A stretch of 58,179 nt of DNA from a virus (IMGVR_UViG_3300034170_000025:1-58179); one strand, 5' to 3'; shown: positions 1-10,082, counted from the stretch's first letter. Notes: generated by a model not told the origin, from the sequence alone. Numbers and translations: made by a program.

Positions 1-1
1 G

Positions 2-1684
2 GAATGGCTGGAAGAAAATGGTGTTACAGAAGAAAAGGAGTACGAAGTTTTGGGTGCTGAGTTTAACGAAGATATTCACAACAAGATGAAGGAAGTGACA
101 ACCCTTGACTCTAAAGGCTATCGCGGAATCAAGAAGGAGACGACTAGCTTCTTTGGTGTACGTCATGAAATCAACACATCAAGTGGTGATGTTGCTGTCC
201 AGTACTACCCTTGCACAATGGAAGACGAAAACGATGCGGGGTTTATGCTCACAGGCTACAAGCGTCGTCAGCACCCAAAAGACTTTAAAGGAGCACTTGG
301 TGAGACTGGGCGTGAGTGTCAATTGTTTGGGCAATTCAGATTCCTGCGTCAACGCGGTAAGTACTGCCTGATTGTTGGTGGCGAAGTTGATCAGCTCTCT
401 GCGTACCAGATGTTGGCCGATCAGAACGCACGAAGTAACGCACAGAAGGGTACAGCATACGACCCAACTCCAGTTGTATCCCCAACTATCGGTGAGACTG
501 GATGTGAAAAGCAGATCGTGATGCAGTACGAGTGGTTTAACCGCTTCGAACGAATCATCGTCTGTATGGACAACGACGAAGCCGGTCGTAAAGCCACTGA
601 GCTAGTTTGTAAAGCTCTGCCGAAGGGTAAGGCATACGTCATGGAAATGTCCATGAAAGACCCAAACAGCTACATCTGGGACAAAGACAAGGGAGTTCCT
701 GTAAACAAGGAGTTCAACTTCGTTCAAGAGTTCTACAAGGCAGTGCCATACACGCCGAGTGGTATTGTTGGTTCGGGTAGCTTGATGGGGCTGATGAAGG
801 CAGCAGCGGTTATCCCTAAGATTCCTTTGCCACGGTACATGCACCGAGTGCAAGACATGATGGGCGGTGGTATCCCTCTGAAGGTTATCGTCAACCTGGG
901 TTCTGCATCTGGTACTGGTAAGTCTACGCACGTGGATGAATGTGTCTACCACTGGATTTTCAACAGTCCCCATAAGCCGGGTGTCCTGTCTCTTGAAAGC
1001 GACTGTGCACAATACGGTAACAAGATGCTCTCTCGCCACATCGGCAAGAAGATCGACTTGATGACGGACCAACAGAAGATCGCATTCTTCAACTCTCAAG
1101 AGGCCGAGGACGCTGCACAAGATTTGTTCTTCAAAGAGGATGGCAGTCACCGCTGGCACTTGATTGAGGAGCGTGACGGCTCTCTGGATGACATCAAAGA
1201 GAAGATCATGAACCTGATCATTGCATGTGAGTGCAAAGTGATCATCATTGACCCTCTCCAAGACATCATGGACGGTATGAGCAACGAAGAGCAGGCTGTC
1301 TTCATGAAGTGGCTGAAAGGCATGGTGAAGAGCCACGACGTTAGCTTCATTCTGATCAACCACGTTCGTAAGAGCGCTGGTGGCAGCAAGGCAAACTCTG
1401 CTGGTGCTGACCTGTTCGAAGAAGACTTCCAAGGGTCGTCTGCAATCTTTAAATCGGCTGCATGTAACTTGTTGTTCACACGTAACAAAGAGTCTCCTAA
1501 CGAGGTGGAGCGTAACATCACCAAGATGAAGATGACCAAGTGTCGTTGGACTGGTAATACAAGCCCGAACGCAGGTATGTACTACTACGATAACGCTACT
1601 CACACGGTTCATGATCTTGATGACTTCCTTGACAGGAACCCAGCTATGAAGGCTGAGTATGAGGCGCGTGACCGAGAGGAGTAA
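2..1684 (+). CDS. DNA primase-helicase (T7 gp4-like), 5' end outside window
   Basis: Frame is open from base 2. TOPRIM motifs (IVGGEVD, CMDNDEAG); SF4 helicase Walker A GSASGTGKS, Walker B IIIDPLQ, and INHVRK motif. Confidence 0.93.
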   Translation, partial: EWLEENGVTEEKEYEVLGAEFNEDIHNKMKEVTTLDSKGYRGIKKETTSFFGVRHEINTSSGDVAVQYYPCTMEDENDAGFMLTGYKRRQHPKDFKGALGETGRECQLFGQFRFLRQRGKYCLIVGGEVDQLSAYQMLADQNARSNAQKGTAYDPTPVVSPTIGETGCEKQIVMQYEWFNRFERIIVCMDNDEAGRKATELVCKALPKGKAYVMEMSMKDPNSYIWDKDKGVPVNKEFNFVQEFYKAVPYTPSGIVGSGSLMGLMKAAAVIPKIPLPRYMHRVQDMMGGGIPLKVIVNLGSASGTGKSTHVDECVYHWIFNSPHKPGVLSLESDCAQYGNKMLSRHIGKKIDLMTDQQKIAFFNSQEAEDAAQDLFFKEDGSHRWHLIEERDGSLDDIKEKIMNLIIACECKVIIIDPLQDIMDGMSNEEQAVFMKWLKGMVKSHDVSFILINHVRKSAGGSKANSAGADLFEEDFQGSSAIFKSAACNLLFTRNKESPNEVERNITKMKMTKCRWTGNTSPNAGMYYYDNATHTVHDLDDFLDRNPAMKAEYEARDREE

Positions 1685-1701
1685 TGTTCTAGGTGATTGA
1701 C

Positions 1702-1731
1702 AAAGGGAGTGTGCTTCGGTACACTCCCTTT
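1702..1731 (+). terminator. Intrinsic terminator hairpin
   Basis: AAAGGGAGTGTGC-TTCG-GTACACTCCCTTT stem-loop just after the helicase stop. Confidence 0.7.
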
Positions 1732-1753
1732 CGTCATTTAAGGAGAGAAAGAA

Positions 1754-1960
1754 ATGAAAAACGAAGAACTGCTTCTCGCTGAACAGAGAGTCCGTTATCT
1801 TTCAGAAGCTCTGCATAAGATTTCCTCTGATCTTGTTCAGGCAGGTATGTGTGGCTATGAGCCTAAGAGTGTTGAGATGATCGAGATGGGTAGCTGGGGT
1901 CTTGGGCTTTTCCCTATACTTGGCATCGAAACTGTGGAATATACATCGGAGGAAGAATGA
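1754..1960 (+). CDS. Hypothetical protein
   Basis: AAGGAG SD; ATGA overlap with polymerase start. Confidence 0.7.
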   Translation: MKNEELLLAEQRVRYLSEALHKISSDLVQAGMCGYEPKSVEMIEMGSWGLGLFPILGIETVEYTSEEE

Positions 1961-4221
1961 AACAAATTATCAACTGGCGGCAAGCGTCCATCGCTGACTT
2001 TGAGGCCGATGGCCTTCTTGATACAGTTACTCAAATGCACGTGATGTCTTACCAAATCCGCGAGATGAATGGAGACCTTTCAAAGGTATTCACGATTCGC
2101 CGAGACGATAAAAATTACATCCAACGTGTAGCGAAATTCTTTCAATATCACATTGACAAAAAGATTCCAGTTGTAATGCACAACGGTATCGGCTATGACG
2201 TTAAAATGGTTGAGAAGATTCTAGGTCTTGACTTGTCTGAGCTTATGGTGGTGGACACACTGATACTTTCTTGGTATCTGAGCCCTGAGCGTAATATGCA
2301 CGGCCTGGATTCGTTTTTTGACGACTACGGAATTGCAAAGCCAGTTATTGATAGCTGGGAACAAGGAGAAGAGGAGACCCTTGAAGAGTTCCTTGACCGT
2401 ATGCAAAATCGTTGCCAAGAAGACGTGAAGATCAACGTTGCTTTGTGGGAAGACCACATGGCTCGCCTGACTGACATGTACACACTGGCTCAAGGTTTTA
2501 TTGACTTTGGTCAGGAAGTTAAAAACACCAAGACAGGTGAAGTTGAAAAGGTTTTGAACGTTGGCGGCACTCGTATCTCCAGTGACGAGTGGATTCCTAT
2601 TGATGACATGATTGGTCAGAAAGTAGACACAGCAATCGACAAGATTATTACATTCCTGATGTTCAAGATGGATTGTGCCGCTCTGCAAGAGTCCACTCGA
2701 TGGGAGGTTGATGTTGACCACTGCCGTGAAGCTCTTGAGAAGCTTGAGGCTATCGTGCTTATCGCTCGTAGTGGCTTATCAGAGGTAATGCCAAAGGTTC
2801 CAAAATATGTAAAGAAGGCTGAGCCAAAGGCTGATAAGTTTAAGAAGAATGGTGATCGCAACTCTCACTGGGTGAAGTGGGACGAGGTTATGGAGAAGCT
2901 CAACTCTGGAGAAGTTGACGAAGAGACTGGTGCTCCGTTGGTCTTCATAAACCCAGAAGATGCACCGATTGAAGGGAAGCAAGCCTACCGTGTATGGCAC
3001 CATAACGAAGAGCCTAATCCGGGTTCACCGGGTCAAGTAAAAGACTTCCTGTTCAGCAAGGGTTGGGTTCCTCAGACATTCAAGTATGAGAAGGACGAGG
3101 TAGCGTTCGACGCATGGATTGCTTCGAAGCCACAAGGAAAGGCTGACCACAGGCAGTGGGAACGTTGGAAAAATGCTCGACCTGCTGAGCGGGCTATCCC
3201 ACAAATCTCTGTTGGTGGTGATGACGGCAAAGAGTTGTGCCCGAGCCTGCTAGACTTGGCTGAAGAGGTTCCAGCGATTAAGGTGTACGCTGACTACAAG
3301 GTGGCAGAGAACCGCCGTAATGTGCTCCTGGGGTTCTTCCGTGACATGACAGACGGGAAGTATTTGAAGGCTCGTATCGGCGGGCTGACAAACACTCTCC
3401 GAGTTAAGCACCGTGAGTTGGTTAACCTTCCAGGCACTGACAAGCCTTACGGTTACGACATTCGTGGTAGTTTGATTGCAGGCGTTAGGCGTATTCTAGT
3501 TGGTTCTGATATGTCCTCTCTTGAAGATCGTGTAAAGCACCACTTTATGCTGCCTCATGACCCTGAGTATGTAGCAACAATGCAAGCCCCAGATTTTGAC
3601 CCACACATACTCATGGCGTTGACAGCTATGATGATCAGTGAGTCGGAGTTCAAGGCATTTAAAGCTGATCCGAAAGGCAAGCACCCTGCCCACGTGAAGA
3701 AAGGCCGTAAGGATGGCAAGACTACAAACTATGCTTCCGTGTATAACGCTGGCCCTGCTAAGATCGCCCAGGCTGCTGGTGTCGACCTTGAGACAGGTAA
3801 GATGTTGCACACAGCCTACTGGGAGCTGAACTGGTCCGTAAAGACTATTGCAGAGGAGCAAGTTGTCTTCAAAGATGCACGCGGCATGAAGTGGCTGATC
3901 AATCCGATCAACGGTTTCTGCTACAGCCTGCGCTCTGAAGCTGACCGATTCTCTACCCTGGCTCAGGGCACTGGTAGCTACTTTTTTGATATGTGGGTTG
4001 ATAACATCTTGACTGAGCTGGTGCGTGTATTTGGTCGTAAGACTCTTACAGGCAGCTTTCACGACGAATGTATCATCTGCATGGGGGATAGCCCAGCGAA
4101 CCGTGAAAAGGTCGCCAAGATCATCAAGGACTCTGTCTATAAGGTAAATGATGATTTTGGACTACGCCGTAAGCTGGACTGTGATACCCAGTTCGGCCAA
4201 AGGTACAGTGATATTCACTGA
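1957..4221 (+). CDS. polA: Family A DNA polymerase with 3'-5' exonuclease domain
   Basis: Exo motifs DFEAD, HNGIGYD, RCQEDV; motif A GSDMSSLEDR, motif B RKDGKTTNYASVY (Tyr at the 762-equivalent position), motif C FHDE. Confidence 0.95.
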   Translation: MKQIINWRQASIADFEADGLLDTVTQMHVMSYQIREMNGDLSKVFTIRRDDKNYIQRVAKFFQYHIDKKIPVVMHNGIGYDVKMVEKILGLDLSELMVVDTLILSWYLSPERNMHGLDSFFDDYGIAKPVIDSWEQGEEETLEEFLDRMQNRCQEDVKINVALWEDHMARLTDMYTLAQGFIDFGQEVKNTKTGEVEKVLNVGGTRISSDEWIPIDDMIGQKVDTAIDKIITFLMFKMDCAALQESTRWEVDVDHCREALEKLEAIVLIARSGLSEVMPKVPKYVKKAEPKADKFKKNGDRNSHWVKWDEVMEKLNSGEVDEETGAPLVFINPEDAPIEGKQAYRVWHHNEEPNPGSPGQVKDFLFSKGWVPQTFKYEKDEVAFDAWIASKPQGKADHRQWERWKNARPAERAIPQISVGGDDGKELCPSLLDLAEEVPAIKVYADYKVAENRRNVLLGFFRDMTDGKYLKARIGGLTNTLRVKHRELVNLPGTDKPYGYDIRGSLIAGVRRILVGSDMSSLEDRVKHHFMLPHDPEYVATMQAPDFDPHILMALTAMMISESEFKAFKADPKGKHPAHVKKGRKDGKTTNYASVYNAGPAKIAQAAGVDLETGKMLHTAYWELNWSVKTIAEEQVVFKDARGMKWLINPINGFCYSLRSEADRFSTLAQGTGSYFFDMWVDNILTELVRVFGRKTLTGSFHDECIICMGDSPANREKVAKIIKDSVYKVNDDFGLRRKLDCDTQFGQRYSDIH

Positions 4222-4239
4222 TTTATTCTAGAGTGGGGG

Positions 4240-4267
4240 TTGACAGCAGCCCCCATTCCTGTAGAAT
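4240..4267 (+). promoter_or_regulatory. sigma70 promoter
   Basis: TTGACA-16-TAGAAT; -35 lies inside a TGGGGG..CCCCCA inverted repeat. Confidence 0.75.
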
Positions 4268-4298
4268 ACGTCAACACAAACAAGCAAAGGAGGTACAC

Positions 4299-4475
4299 AT
4301 GAGCCGTATTATGAACTTCGTTGATCATCATGGTGACGTTGTTGAATTTGATTTGCTGGATGACGGCATGATGTTCGTCAGTACAAACGAACGTGATCAA
4401 GTTCTGGTGAGCGTCTCTGACGTTGCTGAGCTGTACCACGCTCTGTCTTACATCGTACCTAAAGACTTGAAATAA
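4299..4475 (+). CDS. Hypothetical protein
   Basis: AAGGAGG SD before ATG 4299. Confidence 0.7.
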   Translation: MSRIMNFVDHHGDVVEFDLLDDGMMFVSTNERDQVLVSVSDVAELYHALSYIVPKDLK

Positions 4476-4485
4476 GGAGAATAGT

Positions 4486-4773
4486 ATGGAACGCAATGAA
4501 CCAACGGTAGGCACCGCATCCTCTTCGGCATTTGATTTTACTGGAATCTTTTCCAGTAAGAAGGGTAAGACTCCAGAGCAACTGATGAACGAAGCTTTGG
4601 CTGGCTTCACTCAGGCTCAAGCTAACCTTGAAACCGCTCAAGCAGCTATTGCTGTTCAGGTGGCTGAGCACGAAGCTGAAATCGAGAAGCGTCAAAAGGC
4701 TCTTGTCACAGCCAACGAATCCCACTCTCGCCTTGGTCGAGTAGCTGAACGATTCAAAGAACTTCTGGCTTGA
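4486..4773 (+). CDS. Coiled-coil hypothetical protein
   Basis: AAGGAG SD; Ala/Glu/Gln heptad-rich sequence. Confidence 0.75.
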   Translation: MERNEPTVGTASSSAFDFTGIFSSKKGKTPEQLMNEALAGFTQAQANLETAQAAIAVQVAEHEAEIEKRQKALVTANESHSRLGRVAERFKELLA

Positions 4774-4826
4774 CAAGTTCTCAAACTGTAGTATCATGAA
4801 TATTCAAAATATGAAGGAGGATTCAC

Positions 4827-5222
4827 ATGAGTGAGGTAGTTAAAGCTGGTGTACAGGTTACAGTAAAAGGCAAGGTGCATGACCACGACTTTGACGAAGG
4901 TGTTGTAGTTACCTCGACTGGTCGTGATTTTGGTCCACACCCAGACGGTGTATGGACTCAGTTCATTGATACTGAGGGTCATACCCAGTATCTGCTTGCT
5001 AAGCACTACGACGTTGTTACAGATAAACCTGTAACTCAGAAGGCAAAAACAGTTGATCCCAGCTTGCCATCAAAAGCAACGTATGCAGTAGTTGACGCTG
5101 TTGGTTCGGTCGTCGCAACAGCGGAAGATCGTGACTATGCTCGTGAGCTGAAAGCAGCGCTCGGCGGTAAGCGTAAAGGTATTCGTATCTTTCAATACAC
5201 CGCAGAAAAAGAGATTCGTTGA
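4827..5222 (+). CDS. Hypothetical protein
   Basis: GGAGG SD; upstream TTGACA-16-TATCAT at 4770-4797. Confidence 0.75.
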   Translation: MSEVVKAGVQVTVKGKVHDHDFDEGVVVTSTGRDFGPHPDGVWTQFIDTEGHTQYLLAKHYDVVTDKPVTQKAKTVDPSLPSKATYAVVDAVGSVVATAEDRDYARELKAALGGKRKGIRIFQYTAEKEIR

Positions 5223-5306
5223 TTAGCTAACAACGTTCTCAAACTCAAAGGGGCCGAACTGGCCCTCATGACCACAAGATGGTCCACTATATAGGAGATT
5301 CAAATC

Positions 5307-6323
5307 ATGGCTTTTAAAGCAACTGGTAGCACACAGACCTCTGGCGGTGACCGCAAGCAGGTTGACTACAACGCAATGAACCTGGAGGTTGTAGAAGCCG
5401 CTGGCACTCAGAATAAGACTCGCTCTATTCCAGGCGTCATTTCTGGCATTTACGACCTTGGCGAGCAGGCGCTTGACGACGCAGCAATCCCGGTTACTGA
5501 TCCAGAGTGGCTGAAACGCAACCCATCGTTTGATGGTTCTGATGCTGCCAAGGAAGCAATCATCGCTGCTGCACGTCAGTCCAATGCACGCTTTGAAGAG
5601 TTTGACGGTGTAGAGTGCTTCCGCTACGAACAGAAACCTGTTCAACAAGTGGCTGTGACTGTTGACTTCGCTCAGATCATGGTTGACAAAGGTAAGCACT
5701 ACGGCGAATCGAAGCCGCTTCCTCTGCGACTGCTCTTGAACCGTGAGTTCAACAAGGTTGTTTCGCATCCTTACAACATCCGCGAAATGAATCACAACCA
5801 AGGCAAGCCTGGTAAAGCTGTATGGGCGTTCGCTAAGAACAATGGTCTGCATAAACTTGCAGAAGCTGTTGGCATTCTGGATGAACAAGGTCTGTTCAAG
5901 AAAGAACGCATCGACGAACTGTTGGGCAAAGTTGCACAGTTCCAAGTTCGTGTTTACATGAAAGAGAACAAAGGTAAGAGTTTCTACACTGAGGAAGTTC
6001 GTCTGGCTGGTATCGTTCCAGAAGGCGTTCCACATCCAGTTCTGCCTGATGATGTTGTTCTTGCTTCTGTCGGCATGTGGGACGAAGGCAATGACAAGGA
6101 CGCTGTTCTGCAAGCTCGTGCCTCGATCAAGAATACTCAGCGTAAAGCACTGAACTTCGTTGATCCAGAGACTGGTGCAGACTCGCCTGTTAAGGCTTTG
6201 ATCGGCGAGGGTTACAACCCTGACGCTCCGAAGGAAGATGAAGCTCCAAAGGCTAAGCCACAGGGTATCACCCCTAAAGCTCCTGAGCCAGACGCTGACT
6301 TCGAAGACGACATCCCTTTTTGA
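5307..6323 (+). CDS. Putative single-stranded DNA-binding/annealing protein
   Basis: Acidic C-terminus DADFEDDIPF matches the bacterial SSB tail; located between polymerase and exonuclease. Confidence 0.65.
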   Translation: MAFKATGSTQTSGGDRKQVDYNAMNLEVVEAAGTQNKTRSIPGVISGIYDLGEQALDDAAIPVTDPEWLKRNPSFDGSDAAKEAIIAAARQSNARFEEFDGVECFRYEQKPVQQVAVTVDFAQIMVDKGKHYGESKPLPLRLLLNREFNKVVSHPYNIREMNHNQGKPGKAVWAFAKNNGLHKLAEAVGILDEQGLFKKERIDELLGKVAQFQVRVYMKENKGKSFYTEEVRLAGIVPEGVPHPVLPDDVVLASVGMWDEGNDKDAVLQARASIKNTQRKALNFVDPETGADSPVKALIGEGYNPDAPKEDEAPKAKPQGITPKAPEPDADFEDDIPF

Positions 6324-6375
6324 TCTGTAGGGAATGCGGGCAGATAAGCCTTGAACCCATAAGGAGTACAACTTT

Positions 6376-6606
6376 ATGCCAGTAGAAACAACATACACAG
6401 GACAATCCAACAGAACTGGATTCCACAATGACGATGGCGTTGCTCAGGCTGTGATAGCTAGCCTGAATGACCTAAGCGAGAGTTTAGGTTTTGATGGTTA
6501 TGACCTTGAACAGTTGCGTGGTGCAGTAATCACCATTGCAGTGTGTACTGCAATGGGCAGGATGGGCAGCACAACTGCAACTGCTGAGGTTATAATCACA
6601 CGATAG
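6376..6606 (+). CDS. Hypothetical protein
   Basis: AAGGAG SD; co-oriented with neighbours. Confidence 0.65.
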   Translation: MPVETTYTGQSNRTGFHNDDGVAQAVIASLNDLSESLGFDGYDLEQLRGAVITIAVCTAMGRMGSTTATAEVIITR

Positions 6607-6619
6607 TGCAAAATAGGGG

Positions 6620-6648
6620 TTGACAAGTTCAACCCCTTTCACTAGAAT
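6620..6648 (+). promoter_or_regulatory. sigma70 promoter overlapping a terminator-like hairpin
   Basis: TTGACA-17-TAGAAT; AGGGGTTGA..TCAACCCCT-TTC inverted repeat. Confidence 0.75.
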
Positions 6649-6676
6649 ACGCCCAAGTTAATCAAAGGAGTAACAC

Positions 6677-7009
6677 ATGACTACTGCAATCCTCAAGAAG
6701 TTCGACGCTCTTATGTCCCACCTGAACTCGGAAGAGAATGAAATGGCGGAGGAGTTTCGTGAGCTGTTGAGCGACACAAAGAACCTTTACGTTCTGGTCT
6801 CCAACGGTGGAGACGGTAGCTGCTATCCCCACTACACTATGAATGAAGCGTTTATCAAGAGTTTGGAAGAAAAGGAAGAAAACGGGCAACTTGATTGTGA
6901 AGACTTAGGCTGTGATGGCGACGGTTTCCACTACGACACGCTTCGGGTTCCTGCTTTCCTGACTTTGGAAGATATGGGTGACAGTGACTGTGCCTCACAA
7001 GACGAATAA
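6677..7009 (+). CDS. Acidic hypothetical protein
   Basis: AAGGAG SD. Confidence 0.7.
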   Translation: MTTAILKKFDALMSHLNSEENEMAEEFRELLSDTKNLYVLVSNGGDGSCYPHYTMNEAFIKSLEEKEENGQLDCEDLGCDGDGFHYDTLRVPAFLTLEDMGDSDCASQDE

Positions 7010-7020
7010 GGAGTGACAAA

Positions 7021-7593
7021 ATGAGTAATCCAAACGCTGTACAGATTATCTTCGTTCTCGATGAATCGGGCTCGATGTACCACCTTACCTCTGACGTTAT
7101 CGGCGGGTTCAATTCGCTGATCGAAGAACAAAAGGAAGTAGAAGGTGCGGCCAACGTGAGCCTGTATACCTTCTCCAATGAAGTGAAACGTCGTCTAAAC
7201 AAGGTAGAGCTTGACGAAGTGGAGGCACTGACCACCACCAGCTACCGACCAAACGGCATGACTGCAATGAACGATGCCATTGGCACGGCTCTGCGTGAGG
7301 TTTTGAACGACGCACCAAACAAAGCCATTATCAACATCTTTACAGATGGTCAGGAGAACTCTTCGAAGGAGTTTAGCTCCGCCGCTGTTAAAGACTTGGT
7401 AGAACAGGCCGAAGCCAAGGGTTATCAGATTGTTTTCCTAGCCGCAAACATCGACGAACAGGCGGTAGGAAAGTCGTTTGGCTTGCAAGCTAGTGCAACA
7501 CGTAGTTTTGTTGCTGACTCTTTCGGGCTTGAGGGTGCCTACCTGATGGCATCTGCGTCCACTACCAACTACCGCACTGGAGGTGTCCAATGA
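7021..7593 (+). CDS. von Willebrand factor A domain protein
   Basis: MIDAS motif DESGSM, GMTAMNDA, FTDGQENSS. Confidence 0.9.
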   Translation: MSNPNAVQIIFVLDESGSMYHLTSDVIGGFNSLIEEQKEVEGAANVSLYTFSNEVKRRLNKVELDEVEALTTTSYRPNGMTAMNDAIGTALREVLNDAPNKAIINIFTDGQENSSKEFSSAAVKDLVEQAEAKGYQIVFLAANIDEQAVGKSFGLQASATRSFVADSFGLEGAYLMASASTTNYRTGGVQ

Positions 7594-7883
7594 CCGATTT
7601 CTACAAAGAAGAAAGCACTCACGTACAAATGAGTGAGCAGGAATTGTTTGAAGCCCTGGTTGATCTGATGACCATTCAACTCTCGACAGCAGACCAAATC
7701 TCTGCCTTGAAGAAGGCTCAAAAGTTCAACAAGAAAACCAACCCAGGTGGTATCCCCTCTGAGGACGTGGCACTTGTTGCAGGAGCAGCTAAACTTGAAG
7801 CTGCGGCCAACTACGAAGAGTACAGCGAAAAGACCTACGCTTTGAAGACGAAGTTTGAAGAGCTGACAGGCTACAACGTTTAA
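7590..7883 (+). CDS. Helical hypothetical protein, possibly DNA-binding
   Basis: GGAGG SD, ATGA overlap; all-helical composition. Confidence 0.65.
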   Translation: MTDFYKEESTHVQMSEQELFEALVDLMTIQLSTADQISALKKAQKFNKKTNPGGIPSEDVALVAGAAKLEAAANYEEYSEKTYALKTKFEELTGYNV

Positions 7884-7887
7884 ATGA

Positions 7888-7912
7888 GAGGGGAGCTAAA
7901 AGCTCCCCTTTT
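7888..7912 (+). terminator. Intrinsic terminator
   Basis: AGGGGAGCT-AAA-AGCTCCCCT followed by TTT. Confidence 0.7.
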
Positions 7913-7932
7913 CACATCTGGAGGAAATAAAT

Positions 7933-8970
7933 TTGAGAGAGGACATTCTAATTTTTGACGCCGACAGTATTGCCTACAAGGCTGCTGCTGCAAACGAAGA
8001 CAAGAGCATTACAAGTGAGCATATTGAGAAGGGTGTAGTGGAAAGCTGGCCCAACAGAACAGCCTTCAGAGCCTATATCGCCGAGACAACTCACACAGAG
8101 GATATGTACATCATCAAGGACGTACAGGAGCCACGCCACTCAAGTTATGGCAAAACCCTGATTCGTGACATGATCAAGGGATATCACACAAGGACAGGAG
8201 TTAAGAAGGGTGAGATTTACATTGGTGGCTCTGACAACTTCCGAGACTCTATTCCTCTTCCGATGACTTGGGTCGCAACTTGCGGTAAATGGGCTGGCAA
8301 GAGTAGACTTGGCGGGAAGTATAAAGAAAACCGAGAAGACAACATCCGACCTGTTCAACTTAAAGAGTTGCGTAACTTCATGGTAAAAGAGCTTGGTGCT
8401 ATCGTTGTCGATTACCAAGAGGTTGATGACATGTCGTCTATCCGTGCATTTGAAGGTTTCAAGTCTGACACCGGACGTGTGATCCAAGTGACTGAGGATA
8501 AGGATGCACTTCAATGTAGTGGGTGGCTGTTCAACCCTGCCAAGATGATCAAACCTGTGCTGGTTAAAGGCTTTGGGGAGCTGCACAAGGACGGTAAAGG
8601 AGTCAAGGGTACTGGTAGGCTGTGGTTGTACTACCAAGCGCTCTACGGTGATTCTGTGGACAACTACCACGGCTGTGACCTATGGAAGATCGCACAGGAT
8701 AAGGCTGGTAAGAGTGTAACGTTTGGTGAAGTGGCAGCATATAACCTGCTGAAAGATTCAACCAACGATAAAGAGGCTCTGACAGCACTTTATAATCAGT
8801 ATAGAAGCTGGTATCCTGAGCCGGTAACGTATATGGCCCATGATGGTATTCTCCACACCAAAGATGCTGTCGAAATCATGCAGATGTATTTTGACTGTGC
8901 ACATATGAGACGTTGGGAGGATGACCGTATCGATGTGGCTGCTATGCTGGCAAAGCTCGGTATTCTATGA
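7933..8970 (+). CDS. 5'-3' exonuclease (T7 gp6/RNase H-like, PIN fold)
   Basis: IFDADSIAY, NFR, YKENR, EVDD, EDKDALQ, GDSVDNY motifs; TTG start with GGAGG SD. Confidence 0.88.
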   Translation: MREDILIFDADSIAYKAAAANEDKSITSEHIEKGVVESWPNRTAFRAYIAETTHTEDMYIIKDVQEPRHSSYGKTLIRDMIKGYHTRTGVKKGEIYIGGSDNFRDSIPLPMTWVATCGKWAGKSRLGGKYKENREDNIRPVQLKELRNFMVKELGAIVVDYQEVDDMSSIRAFEGFKSDTGRVIQVTEDKDALQCSGWLFNPAKMIKPVLVKGFGELHKDGKGVKGTGRLWLYYQALYGDSVDNYHGCDLWKIAQDKAGKSVTFGEVAAYNLLKDSTNDKEALTALYNQYRSWYPEPVTYMAHDGILHTKDAVEIMQMYFDCAHMRRWEDDRIDVAAMLAKLGIL

Positions 8971-9524
8971 TGGAGTACAAGCCTTGGGAAGAGTACCCCA
9001 ACATCTGGAAAACTGAGGCGATGTATCTGAGCTGGATTCGTGGTGGAATCCGGCGATACCTCTGGTCTAAGAATCCAGTGAAGCTGGAGTTTGTCAAGTC
9101 TGCCCGCAAGATGATCACCAATCCTAATGTGAAACTCCGAAAGGGTAGACCAGAAGTTTGGGGAGGTATTTGCGAAATCTGTGGGAGAGAGCACCCTCTG
9201 AAGAATATGGAAGTTGACCATAAGTCTGGTGAGCACTCACTCAAGAAGGTGAGTGATATCCAGAAGTTTGTAGAGGGGATTGTGTTTATTCGCAAAGAGG
9301 ATTTAGCCTTTCTCTGCAAGCCTTGCCACAAGATCAAGACCAATGCGGAGAGGAAAGGCTTGAGCCACGAAGACAGTGCTATCGATAAAGAAGCTATTGC
9401 TTTGATGAAGTTAACACCAGCCGAGCAGAAAAACTGGCTAAAAGATCGTGGTGTTGATAAGCCTGGAGCGAATGCAAAGATTCGCCGTGAGCAGATAACT
9501 AATATTTTGAAGGAGGGTAGATGA
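8967..9524 (+). CDS. HNH-type endonuclease
   Basis: CEICG...EVDH...LCKPCHKIKT zinc/HNH signature. Confidence 0.8.
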   Translation: MMEYKPWEEYPNIWKTEAMYLSWIRGGIRRYLWSKNPVKLEFVKSARKMITNPNVKLRKGRPEVWGGICEICGREHPLKNMEVDHKSGEHSLKKVSDIQKFVEGIVFIRKEDLAFLCKPCHKIKTNAERKGLSHEDSAIDKEAIALMKLTPAEQKNWLKDRGVDKPGANAKIRREQITNILKEGR

Positions 9525-9868
9525 AGAAAATGTACATCGCTGTGCTGGACGAGGCACCAGATTACATGGTGCCAACTCTGGTAGCCCATACTATTTTAGG
9601 TGCTGATGACCACTTTTACGAACATCCTGACATGGAGACTGTCAGGCAGTACTGTGATTGGAGGGTTAACTCTTTCCGCAAGGTTGTCCTGCGTGTTAAC
9701 AGAAGAGAGTTCGACAAAATCAGAGAGACACTCACTCATTATGCAGGACATGAAAATACCATCTGTGGTGGTGAGCGTAGCTGCTTAATTGTCCTGCCTG
9801 TCGAGTCTGATGCAGTTCCAAACGTATTAAAATTCGCCAAAATGTGGAAGCCAGAGGATGTGTTATGA
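9521..9868 (+). CDS. Peptidyl-tRNA hydrolase 2-like protein
   Basis: KMYIAV...VAH...W...RKVVLRV pattern resembles Pth2. Confidence 0.6.
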   Translation: MKKMYIAVLDEAPDYMVPTLVAHTILGADDHFYEHPDMETVRQYCDWRVNSFRKVVLRVNRREFDKIRETLTHYAGHENTICGGERSCLIVLPVESDAVPNVLKFAKMWKPEDVL

Positions 9869-10080
9869 GCATAGAACTTAGAACAGCCATAGAGTCATAT
9901 GTAAGCTCTCTTGTACTGTTATCAGATAGAAAGCTTGCAGTAAACCCTCAGACACTTAGCTACCTTAGTACAAGGGTTTACAATGCGTTCAATTCTGAAC
10001 TCTACAGGTCAGAAGTTAATCTGCATCTTAGCACAAATGAGTACAACAGTGTGGTTGTTAAATTGATTGATAAGGAGTGA
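9865..10080 (+). CDS. Hypothetical protein
   Basis: ATGA overlap with the previous stop. Confidence 0.55.
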   Translation: MSIELRTAIESYVSSLVLLSDRKLAVNPQTLSYLSTRVYNAFNSELYRSEVNLHLSTNEYNSVVVKLIDKE

Positions 10081-10082
10081 GT

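Noticed and set aside
602-1612. 336-aa minus-strand ORF
   Set aside because: Antisense shadow of the primase-helicase, with no motifs; codon bias of the sense gene explains the lack of stops.
5223-6428. 401-aa minus-strand ORF
   Set aside because: Antisense to the SSB-like gene; no recognisable protein features.
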